Source: an uncultured Clostridium sp. (GTDB lineage Bacteria > Bacillota > Clostridia > TANB77 > CAG-508). From it: a DNA stretch of 64,000 nucleotides. Positions 33,288-41,337 of the stretch are shown here, piece by piece. The first letter of the stretch is position 1, and every line of letters starts with the position of its first letter. The notes under the pieces are model-generated. The model did not search any database. It saw nothing but the letters and a program-made list of their open reading frames with translations, and had not been told where the DNA came from. The stretch spans positions 131,503-195,502 of the forward strand of contig CABVAF010000002.1 of the NCBI GenBank assembly GCA_902496295.1, written 5' to 3'. Made by a program: the position numbers and the translations under genes.

Positions 33288-34007
33288 TTAATTAAAGTAA
33301 TCCATTATTCCATTATATATTCCCCAAGCCAATCTATTTTGGTAGTCATCTTCCTGAAGTATTTTTTCTTCTTCTGCATTGGATAAAAAACCACACTCAA
33401 CTACACTAATTGGAATTTCTACGTTTTTCATTATATATATAGTATCTAATTTCATTGCTATTCTTTTATTTTCTTTTTGCATTGCCTCATTTAAATTATT
33501 TTGTAAGCTTTCTGCTAATACTTTGCTTTTTTCATTTTGGTTATAAAAACATTGCCATCCCCAATACTGACTTTGTGGAATTTTATTTAGATGTATAGAT
33601 ACAAATATATCTGCACTTGACTCATTTCCTATTTTTACCCTGTTATGAATATCTGAAACTTTCTTTTCTCTTAAAGTCTTTGTATCTAAGTCGTATATAG
33701 CGCCTTCATCAGAACGTGTAAGAACTACTTCTGCTCCACTTTGCTCTAATAAATTTTGAAGCTTTAACGCTATTTTTAAATTTATTTCTGCCTCTGTCAC
33801 TCCATTATTACTTTCTGCCCCTTCATCTGGTGTTCCATGTCCTGCATCTATCACTACAACCTTATTTGTTACAGGTAAAGCAACAGTTTCGGCAGTTATT
33901 TCTTTACTTAATCCGTCTCCATTTGCAATTTTAAAAGAAAACGCTAATAAAGAAACAAAAACTATAGTAAATATCGCAATTATTCTTTTTTTATAGAAAA
34001 TAAGCAT
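33288..34007 (-). CDS. cwlD: Germination-specific N-acetylmuramoyl-L-alanine amidase CwlD
   Basis: Amidase_3 motifs (VVIDAGHGTPDEGAES, SIHLN). AAGAGGT SD lies 8 nt upstream of the ATG at 34007. Confidence 0.8.
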   Translation of the reverse strand: MLIFYKKRIIAIFTIVFVSLLAFSFKIANGDGLSKEITAETVALPVTNKVVVIDAGHGTPDEGAESNNGVTEAEINLKIALKLQNLLEQSGAEVVLTRSDEGAIYDLDTKTLREKKVSDIHNRVKIGNESSADIFVSIHLNKIPQSQYWGWQCFYNQNEKSKVLAESLQNNLNEAMQKENKRIAMKLDTIYIMKNVEIPISVVECGFLSNAEEEKILQEDDYQNRLAWGIYNGIMDYFN

Positions 34008-34112
34008 ACACAAATACCTCTTTTAGTATATGTGTATGCTTATAATTACTTTTCTATAACTATTTTTTACTATTTTACTTCAATTTGTTATATAACTTAA
34101 ATATTTTCTTAT

Positions 34113-35039
34113 TTACTTCTTTCTTCTATCAATAACATATGTACTTCCAAATGTAGTCTTAGCTAAGTGTTTTACTTGCGCAGCAACTTCTCCAATTTCA
34201 AGTGTACTTTTAAATCTTCCTTTATCTGAAACCACAACACCAATTGAAATAGAAGTAATTGGGAATTGTTCTATTACACCTTTTCTATTTGGTACTTCTA
34301 TATATCCTTTATCTAAATCTGTTCTAGTAAAAAATCTTTTTACTCCTTCGTCAAATTCTATTACAATATTCTGGCATATCTTTTCACAGTTCATTCCTGT
34401 TATCATAGCCACAAAATCGTCCCCACCAATATGTCCAACAAAACAGTCTTCACAATCATTAGAATTAATATTGTTCATTATTGTTTTAGCTGTAAACTTT
34501 ATAATTTCGTCTCCATTTAAAAAACCATAAACGTCATTATATGCTTTAAAATTATCCAAGTCTAAATATATAACACAAAAATCTTCTTTATTTAAAAGTC
34601 TTCTTTTCATTTCTGTTTGTATTTGAATATTTCCTGGAAGACCAGTAAGTGGGCTAATTCCTCTATTTGTATATAGTAGTCTAATTGCATTAACAATTGT
34701 ATAGTACATATATTCTTCGTCAATTGGCGCTTTTATATAATGCTCTACACCTGCCTTTAGTATTTTTACTCTATGGTCTTTATTGTGATTTGAAGATATA
34801 ACAATTATAGGAGTAATTATATTATTTTCGTCTCCTCTAATGCTGTCACATATTTTTATTGTATCTTCATCAACCCCATCTTCATTTATTATTATAAGCG
34901 AAGGTATATCCTTAAGTACGCCTTCTATTTCATTTGTCTTTGCTTTGTGTATTTTATATTCTTTTTCTCTTTGAAAAAGTTTAGTTATGCATTTGTATAT
35001 CTCATCATTATTGTCTATTAAATAAATATTATATGCCAT
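34113..35039 (-). CDS. Receiver-like domain fused to a GGDEF-family nucleotide cyclase with a GGDDF motif
   Basis: GGDEF-fold motifs: PLTGLPGN, YLDLDNFKAYND, HIGGDDFVAM. The N-terminal REC-like fold reads LIIINEDG where LLD is expected. Confidence 0.75.
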   Translation of the reverse strand: MAYNIYLIDNNDEIYKCITKLFQREKEYKIHKAKTNEIEGVLKDIPSLIIINEDGVDEDTIKICDSIRGDENNIITPIIVISSNHNKDHRVKILKAGVEHYIKAPIDEEYMYYTIVNAIRLLYTNRGISPLTGLPGNIQIQTEMKRRLLNKEDFCVIYLDLDNFKAYNDVYGFLNGDEIIKFTAKTIMNNINSNDCEDCFVGHIGGDDFVAMITGMNCEKICQNIVIEFDEGVKRFFTRTDLDKGYIEVPNRKGVIEQFPITSISIGVVVSDKGRFKSTLEIGEVAAQVKHLAKTTFGSTYVIDRRKK

Positions 35040-35055
35040 ATTTTTCTCCTATTTG

Positions 35056-36003
35056 TTATTGTTGTATTTGTGTAGACGCAGTTCCCTGTAGTCCATTTAC
35101 GTTAAGAACCTCTATACTTAAAACATTGTTTCCACTTTGTAATTCTAGTGGTACATAAATTTCGTTTTTATTTATATCTGGATTTTGGTCTATATTTCTA
35201 GACTCGTATACCTTACCATTTAAATTAACAATTACATCTTTCAAACCATATTTATCACTTATTTTTAGAGTAATTACATTTCCTTCTTGAGAAACAATTT
35301 CAATAGTTGGTTTTGAAGAAACTATAATTTGTTTTTCATATGTTGTTGTATTTCCTGTACTATCTTTTGCAACAACTGTTAATATATTTTGTCCTTCTGG
35401 TAAAGTAATATCTTGTGTTATTTCTTTTTGCTCTAATTCCGTAGCTTGAATACTAACTTCTTGCTCGTCATTTATTTTATATGTCATCTCTGCCATAGCT
35501 GTTTCGTCTGATGCAACTATACTAATATTTGCAGTTCCTTCTTCTGTTTGAGTAACATCAATATTAGGTTTCGTAATATCAACACCTTCTAAATTGTACT
35601 CTTTTACAAATTGATATTCTCTATTTTTCATATCTATAATGGTTATATTTAAGATGTTATTACCATCTGGTAGTAATATTTCCTCTTCTACATAAGTTGT
35701 ACCTTCTGGAATACTATTCTGTTCTCCATCGTTCCATCTATAGTTAAGCTTTGATATTTCTGTATTATGTTCTACCTTTAAAAGTAAAGTATCTCCATCT
35801 CTTGTAAGCGTAAGGTTTGGTATATTTTCTGGCCTAGATTCATCAATTTCTCTATATAATGCATATGAACCTTCTCCTGCTAAAACTATACCAAAAAGCA
35901 TAATAAATACAGCAAAAAATCTAACTATTCCTTTTATTTCTATAGGTCCACTTGATGTCTTTTTATTTTTCTTCTTTTTTTCTGTTACTAAAATTTGATT
36001 CAT
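35056..36003 (-). CDS. Membrane-anchored protein with repeated Ig-like/beta-sandwich modules (function unknown)
   Basis: N-terminal basic stretch plus one TM segment (FFAVFIMLFGIVLAG). The ~90-aa modules are beta-rich. GGAGGT SD. It ends 16 nt upstream of the GGDDF gene start. Confidence 0.55.
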   Translation of the reverse strand: MNQILVTEKKKKNKKTSSGPIEIKGIVRFFAVFIMLFGIVLAGEGSYALYREIDESRPENIPNLTLTRDGDTLLLKVEHNTEISKLNYRWNDGEQNSIPEGTTYVEEEILLPDGNNILNITIIDMKNREYQFVKEYNLEGVDITKPNIDVTQTEEGTANISIVASDETAMAEMTYKINDEQEVSIQATELEQKEITQDITLPEGQNILTVVAKDSTGNTTTYEKQIIVSSKPTIEIVSQEGNVITLKISDKYGLKDVIVNLNGKVYESRNIDQNPDINKNEIYVPLELQSGNNVLSIEVLNVNGLQGTASTQIQQ

Positions 36004-36038
36004 TTGTTACCTCCGTAAGAATATAAACTTACAATTGA

Positions 36039-36067
36039 ATTATAACATATGAGTTTTTTAAAAACAA
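36039..36067 (-). promoter_or_regulatory. SigmaA promoter with extended -10 for the 36003..34113 gene pair
   Basis: On the minus strand: TTGTTT (36067-36062), 17-nt spacer, TGtTATAAT (36047-36039). Confidence 0.55.
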
Positions 36068-36109
36068 TACTAAATCTTCATTACTAATTTAATTATTTAT
36101 ATTCAGTTT

Positions 36110-36271
36110 AACCAGATAGATAGCATTTTTTGTACTTTGCTGCTCGCAACTAATTATTATAAAAATAAAAATTACATTTTTATTTTTATAGAAAGAAAGT
36201 TGCTCGAATCGCACTTCGCTAACGCTACGTTTGGTCGCTGCGCAGTACTACAAAATGCTATCTATCTGGTT
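36110..36271. repeat. 162-bp nested palindromic intergenic element (MITE-like or structured RNA)
   Basis: The outer arms are 20-bp perfect: aaccagatagatagcatttt (36110-36129) / aaaatgctatctatctggtt (36252-36271). The central hairpin is a 15-bp A/T stem (36158-36172 / 36176-36190, 3-nt loop). A GC-richer unpaired insert lies at about 36204-36247. Confidence 0.85.
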
Positions 36272-36341
36272 GAAAATAATTTTTAAAATAAAAAAGGCTT
36301 TAAGTAAGAATTTATCTTAGCCTAAAACCTTTTTTATTATA

Positions 36342-39300
36342 TTAGATTACGAATTTCTTAATTAGTATAATTCCACTTGATAGTATCAATAATACTCCTG
36401 CTGCCAAACCTATATATCCATATACATCTGCAGCACCTGTTGTGATAGAAATAATTACTGGTGCATCGTCTTGGTCGTCTTCTCCATCTTTTTGGTTATC
36501 TGGTGTTGAGTCTATATCGTCTCCATCATCTTTGCTTATTTCAGCTACGTTTGTCATTAATCCTAAATGCTCTTCACCATTTATCCAAGTTAAAACTATT
36601 TCTACTTCTGCACTTTCTCCAGGTTGTAATAATGTGTCTTTTAATTGATCTGTTACTACTTTTCCTTCTACTTCTTTCCATTCTGGATTGTCTGCTTGAA
36701 TGAACTTTAATCCTTCTGGTATATAATCAGATATTTCTCCAACATGTCCAGCAATTTCACCTTCGTTTGTTACTCTTATTTTAAATCTAAATTTAACTGT
36801 TGTCTTATCCATTCTGCTTCCACGAATTTCTACTTTTGCTGGTGGTTCTGGATCCATTTCTGCTGTATTTCCAGTTTGTGTTACTGTTGTTTCTCCATTA
36901 TATGTTACTATTGACTCTGTTACCCATTTTCTTAATGCTAAATCGTAATATTTTACTTTTATTTTCTCTATGTCTTGGTCATCTTCGCCTTCATTCCACT
37001 CGTCTGGTTCTGAGTCTTCGTCATCTACTGGATTTCCATCCTCGTCTGCATCTTCTGAAATTTGTGCATGGTTTATTATTATTCTATCTGAAGTATTTGG
37101 TTCTGTTACTTCAAATGCTACTTCAATATCATGATAATCTGGTTGTGTCATTGTTTCTGGGTTAAATGCTTGTAATAAGTTAACTCTACCAGATGCTTCT
37201 TCTTGAGCTTTAGATAGATAATCTGTCTCTATGTAATCTGCTTCTTCTGGGTTTGTTGTCTCTGTTCCATCTTCCTTATACATTTTCCATCTATGCTCAA
37301 TATTTGTTTGGTTCTCTGGTAAGAATAATAATCCATCTGGTATATCATCCTTTACAAGTTCTGCATATCCTGCCATGTTACCTTCATTAAATATTCTTAT
37401 AGTATATGTTACTATGTCCCCTGTTTTTACGTCTACAGGCTCTTTTGTATGCTCATATACATATTCTCCATCTTCTGTAACTGTAAATACAGGAACTCTG
37501 TTATCTATTTGTGTCTCATTTACTCCAGTAATAAACTTTCTCAATGCCAAGTCAAACTTTGGAACTGATTCCTCAATTATTAATTTTTCAAAGTCGTCAT
37601 CATCTTCTTGTCCTGGTATATAGTCATCTCCTGAATTAATTTCATCATCTTTGTATCCAGGTAAGTCTTCATCTGAAGGTAAATCTACATTATCTTCATC
37701 TGAGTCTCTATCATCTATAGGTTCATTATTTTTATCTGCATCTTCTGTTATATCTGCAATATTTGTTATTTTTTGTGTTATATCTATATCTTTCTTAACT
37801 TTACATCTTACTTGCACATCAATATAGTCTAGTTCTGCACCATTAAATGCTTTTAATAATACTTTGTCATCCCCTGTAGTTCTTGTAGCATATATTTGGT
37901 CTCTTGTTGCAGAATATTCTGTGTCTGGAGATGTTATATCTGTAGTAATTGTTCTTCCATCTTCAGATACTTTCCATCCGTATCTTACATTTAACTCGTC
38001 ATTTACTAAAAATTCTAGTTGAGGTGGTAAATGGTCTGTAATTTCTTTTACATATCCGTCTATTTCACCTTCATTATATACTCTTATTGTATATGTTACT
38101 ATATCTTCTCTTGCAACAGATACTGGAACCTTTGGATGATTATATATAGCAGTTGTACCACTTCCTTGTACTAGTGGAGATACATCTACATCTGGTTCTC
38201 TTGTATAACTTCCATCTAATTCTTTTAGTTCTTCATCATTAACAGCTGTAATAAATTTTCTTAATGCTAAGTCAAATTTTTTATCTCCTGGTGATGGTTC
38301 TTCTTCAATTATTAACTTTTCAAAGTCGTCGTCATCTTCTTGTCCTTTATAATGATAATTTGAATCTGATAGGTCTTCTTTATTTGATGTATTACCTCTA
38401 TAATTCGGTAAATTTTCATCTGATGGTATATTTGCATTAAACATGAATGAGTCTCTATCTGTAGAAGTTAATTTATTTCCGTCTGAAAATGATGTAATTT
38501 CTGCTATATTTGTTATTACTCCTCTAAATCCCGTATCTATAACTTTACATCTTACTTGTACTTCTAGGTAGTCTAGCTCGTCTGTAATGCTTCCACCAAA
38601 TGCTTTTAATAAAGTTTTATTTTCTCTTGAGCCATATAATGCTTCTTGCTCTTCTGTATAAGCTGTATCATATGATGTTATATCTGTTACTAATCTTCTA
38701 CCATTATTAGATGGTTGCCATCCATATTGTTTATTTAATTCATCATCTGGTAAAAACTCTAATTGTGCTGGTAAATAGTCTGTAATTTCTTTTACATATG
38801 CATCTACGTCGCCCTCATTATATACTCTAATTGTATATGTTACTATATCTCCTATTTCAACAAGTATTGGAGCTTTATTATGTCTGTAAGAAGCTGTTGT
38901 ATCTGTTCCATCTGCTAGTGGTTGTACATCTACTTTTGGTTCTCTTATATATTCTCCATTTGTTGCAATTTCTCTATCATTTATTTTTGTAATAAATTTT
39001 CTTAAAGATAAATCTAGAACTCCTCTTTCTGTTGGTCCATCACTAACCACTATTTCATCTTCGAAATCATTTTCTCCTCTTTCTAATACAGCAATAGGTT
39101 GTTCTATATCTTCACTTCCACTTACTGTCCAATAAGTTACTACTGTTCCAAAATATGTACCACTAACAGTTAATTTAACTTCCCCTAATTCCGTTGTATT
39201 TGGTATAGAAAGATAAAAATCTTGTCCAACTAAATCTTTTATTGTTGTTCCGCTACTAACAGCTTGCTTATTTGAATCCAATATTGTATAGTTTGTCAAC

Positions 39301-40286
39301 ACGTTACTACTAGTATCATTTGTTACCTTTAAACTTAATGTATAGTCAAGATTAGATTCTTTTTCTAATCTAAAAGGTCCTACTATATAATTTGAACCAG
39401 ATACTGAAATTTTTGCTGCTGTGTCTTGGAATGTTATACTTTGTGAATTTGAATGTACATCATAGCTATCTGCTTGTTTTTCAGATTCATCAACAAAGTA
39501 ATTATATAATTTTGTTATTTCTGAATTTAAGTCACTACCAAATTGTCTTGCAGCATATACATCTCCTAATCTTTCTAATATAGAAGAATCTTCTGTAAAA
39601 TCTTTATAAGTTAAACTTCCAGCCTCTGCTCTATGAATTTCCAAGTTATTACTATCTGTGTAATCTCCTACTACATTCCATATAGCCATTTGTTGAACTA
39701 CATCTATAATGTCATCAATTTCTTCATCTGTAAAGTCTATTTCATATATTTGTGATCCTGAACCTGCTACGTAGTTTGTTCCTGCTTCAACTAATATACC
39801 CTTGCCAATTCCTGCGTTTTGAAGTAATATCTTCTTATGAGCATGTGCATCCGCTTCTTCACTAGAATCTTTTGGTGCCACATATGCATGGTCAAAAATC
39901 CATACCAATCTTTTGTAGTCATGCTCTGTAAGATCTGGTAAGGCTTTTTGAAGTTCATTTAGCATATTTGAAGATTTAAAATCAAAATAACGGTCATAAT
40001 TAACTCTTTCTGGTGTTCCAGAACCAAAGTCAGAACCTAAACCTACACCTCTATGTAAACAGAATATTGTCTGTCCTTCGTTTTTAGGTGTATTTGAAGA
40101 TGCTGATGACTCATATAATCTCCAAATTGTCTTTCCGTCAGCTTGATATGTATAGCTGTCTCTGTAAATAGACATTGCGTTAAACCACTTGTCTCCACTT
40201 GCTGCATTACTTATACTAAACAATCCAGCTAATATAACAACTGCTACTACTGACAATAGTAATGTTAATACTTTTCTTAGTTTCAT
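36342..40286 (-). CDS. Giant surface adhesin: signal peptide, thioester-domain-like N-terminal region, four DUF11/CnaB-like repeat modules, C-terminal hydrophobic anchor
   Basis: Signal peptide MKLRKVLTLLLSVVAVVILAGLFSISNA. Cys76 sits in TIFCLHRG and Q198-Q199 in VVQQMAIWNV. Four DLALRKF(I/W)T...GDIVTYTIRVYNEG modules are present. The tail is GLAAGVLLILSSGIILIKKFVI. Confidence 0.8.
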   Translation of the reverse strand: MKLRKVLTLLLSVVAVVILAGLFSISNAASGDKWFNAMSIYRDSYTYQADGKTIWRLYESSASSNTPKNEGQTIFCLHRGVGLGSDFGSGTPERVNYDRYFDFKSSNMLNELQKALPDLTEHDYKRLVWIFDHAYVAPKDSSEEADAHAHKKILLQNAGIGKGILVEAGTNYVAGSGSQIYEIDFTDEEIDDIIDVVQQMAIWNVVGDYTDSNNLEIHRAEAGSLTYKDFTEDSSILERLGDVYAARQFGSDLNSEITKLYNYFVDESEKQADSYDVHSNSQSITFQDTAAKISVSGSNYIVGPFRLEKESNLDYTLSLKVTNDTSSNVLTNYTILDSNKQAVSSGTTIKDLVGQDFYLSIPNTTELGEVKLTVSGTYFGTVVTYWTVSGSEDIEQPIAVLERGENDFEDEIVVSDGPTERGVLDLSLRKFITKINDREIATNGEYIREPKVDVQPLADGTDTTASYRHNKAPILVEIGDIVTYTIRVYNEGDVDAYVKEITDYLPAQLEFLPDDELNKQYGWQPSNNGRRLVTDITSYDTAYTEEQEALYGSRENKTLLKAFGGSITDELDYLEVQVRCKVIDTGFRGVITNIAEITSFSDGNKLTSTDRDSFMFNANIPSDENLPNYRGNTSNKEDLSDSNYHYKGQEDDDDFEKLIIEEEPSPGDKKFDLALRKFITAVNDEELKELDGSYTREPDVDVSPLVQGSGTTAIYNHPKVPVSVAREDIVTYTIRVYNEGEIDGYVKEITDHLPPQLEFLVNDELNVRYGWKVSEDGRTITTDITSPDTEYSATRDQIYATRTTGDDKVLLKAFNGAELDYIDVQVRCKVKKDIDITQKITNIADITEDADKNNEPIDDRDSDEDNVDLPSDEDLPGYKDDEINSGDDYIPGQEDDDDFEKLIIEESVPKFDLALRKFITGVNETQIDNRVPVFTVTEDGEYVYEHTKEPVDVKTGDIVTYTIRIFNEGNMAGYAELVKDDIPDGLLFLPENQTNIEHRWKMYKEDGTETTNPEEADYIETDYLSKAQEEASGRVNLLQAFNPETMTQPDYHDIEVAFEVTEPNTSDRIIINHAQISEDADEDGNPVDDEDSEPDEWNEGEDDQDIEKIKVKYYDLALRKWVTESIVTYNGETTVTQTGNTAEMDPEPPAKVEIRGSRMDKTTVKFRFKIRVTNEGEIAGHVGEISDYIPEGLKFIQADNPEWKEVEGKVVTDQLKDTLLQPGESAEVEIVLTWINGEEHLGLMTNVAEISKDDGDDIDSTPDNQKDGEDDQDDAPVIISITTGAADVYGYIGLAAGVLLILSSGIILIKKFVI
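36450..39020. repeat. Intragenic tandem repeats (four modules of about 610-740 nt) in the adhesin gene
   Basis: Module starts (LALRKF codons) lie near 39017, 38277, 37557 and 36950. Recurring DNA strings such as ttttcaaagtcgtc(a/g)tcatcttcttgtcc occur near 37590 and 38320. Confidence 0.8.
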
Positions 40287-40572
40287 AATTTCTCACCCTT
40301 TTTAACCTATTACATTATTTATATTTTACTTTCATAATAAAAATAAGTCAATAACAGTATTTACTAAGTTTTCCTATTATTACAAAAACCGTTTTTTCAC
40401 TATTACGGAAATAGTTGTCGTGGTTTTTTATTATATATATTAAACTTATATTACAATTATATTACATTTTCGTTACAAAAGCAAGTGCTTAGAGCAACTT
40501 AATATCAACGGTTTTATAAATTTTAAATATAACTATTTTATTTGAATATATTTCAACATAAAATTTAAAAAA

Positions 40573-40605
40573 ACTAATAATTAAGTTTTTATCTTAATTA
40601 TTAGT
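40573..40605. terminator. Terminator downstream of the DUF308 gene
   Basis: Perfect 13-bp stem actaataattaag / cttaattattagt with a 7-nt loop and flanking A and T runs. Confidence 0.65.
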
Positions 40606-40645
40606 TTTTTAACTTTTTATTGTTACATATAATAGTTTTCCAATA

Positions 40646-41197
40646 TTATTTTTCTTCTTTTAAATGATATAATATTGTACATGCATCTATTATATTTAAT
40701 ATTTCTACTACTAATAATGCTAATCCTACTAATGTTGTTACTGCCATTGTTGCTTCAAATGGATTAAATATAACAAGAAATCCTAAAACAATTCCTATTA
40801 TTGCTATAAAAAGCATTAATCCCCAATTACTATTTGGTACTGTTTTTATATTAAGTGCCATTTGAAAAGTAATTAAGCTTTTTAATATAATCCATACTGC
40901 AAATATAATAGGTAAAAATTCAATTAGAGCATCTGCACATACTGTTATAACAGCTCCTGCAAAAACCTCTATTAAACCTTCAATAAGCTCAAAACTCATT
41001 AGTTTTTGTGTTGGGTCTATTTTAAAATAGTTAATAATGTGTATAACACCATCAATCATAATTATAAGACCAAACAAAATTGTTATTAATGATAATGATT
41101 CTGCTGGTTTAAATATTAAAAATAGTGCTACTATCAGCATTAAAGCTGATGCTACAATTGATACTTTCTCATATTTTCTTGTGTAATTTACCAACAT
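40646..41197 (-). CDS. HdeD/DUF308-like small polytopic membrane protein
   Basis: Six predicted TM helices with repeated G-rich helix pairs, 183 aa. GGAGAG SD. Confidence 0.5.
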   Translation of the reverse strand: MLVNYTRKYEKVSIVASALMLIVALFLIFKPAESLSLITILFGLIIMIDGVIHIINYFKIDPTQKLMSFELIEGLIEVFAGAVITVCADALIEFLPIIFAVWIILKSLITFQMALNIKTVPNSNWGLMLFIAIIGIVLGFLVIFNPFEATMAVTTLVGLALLVVEILNIIDACTILYHLKEEK

Positions 41198-41337
41198 TTT
41201 TATCTCTCCTTTCTTTGTAAAAAGTTTTGTTTTTTTATATCTTTTGTATACTTTTATTTTATATCATTTTTTGTAAAAAAAAGCAATATGAATTTAATAT
41301 AAAGAATATAAATTCACATTGCTAGTATATATTTAGA

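Noticed and set aside
36199-36250. A tRNA-fragment-like T-loop (TCGAATC flanked by tgc/gca) inside the palindromic element, suggesting an att-site remnant.
   Set aside because: Only 3 bp of T-stem pair, and there is no acceptor stem or CCA context. This is too weak to call.
40287-40645. Possible c-di-GMP riboswitch or leader terminator in the 5' region of the 1314-aa adhesin, including the imperfect hairpin at 40384-40429.
   Set aside because: I could not recognise GEMM-I/II conserved cores. The hairpin stems are short, A/T-rich and interrupted, and the T-run is part of the stem rather than following it. A covariance-model scan would be needed.
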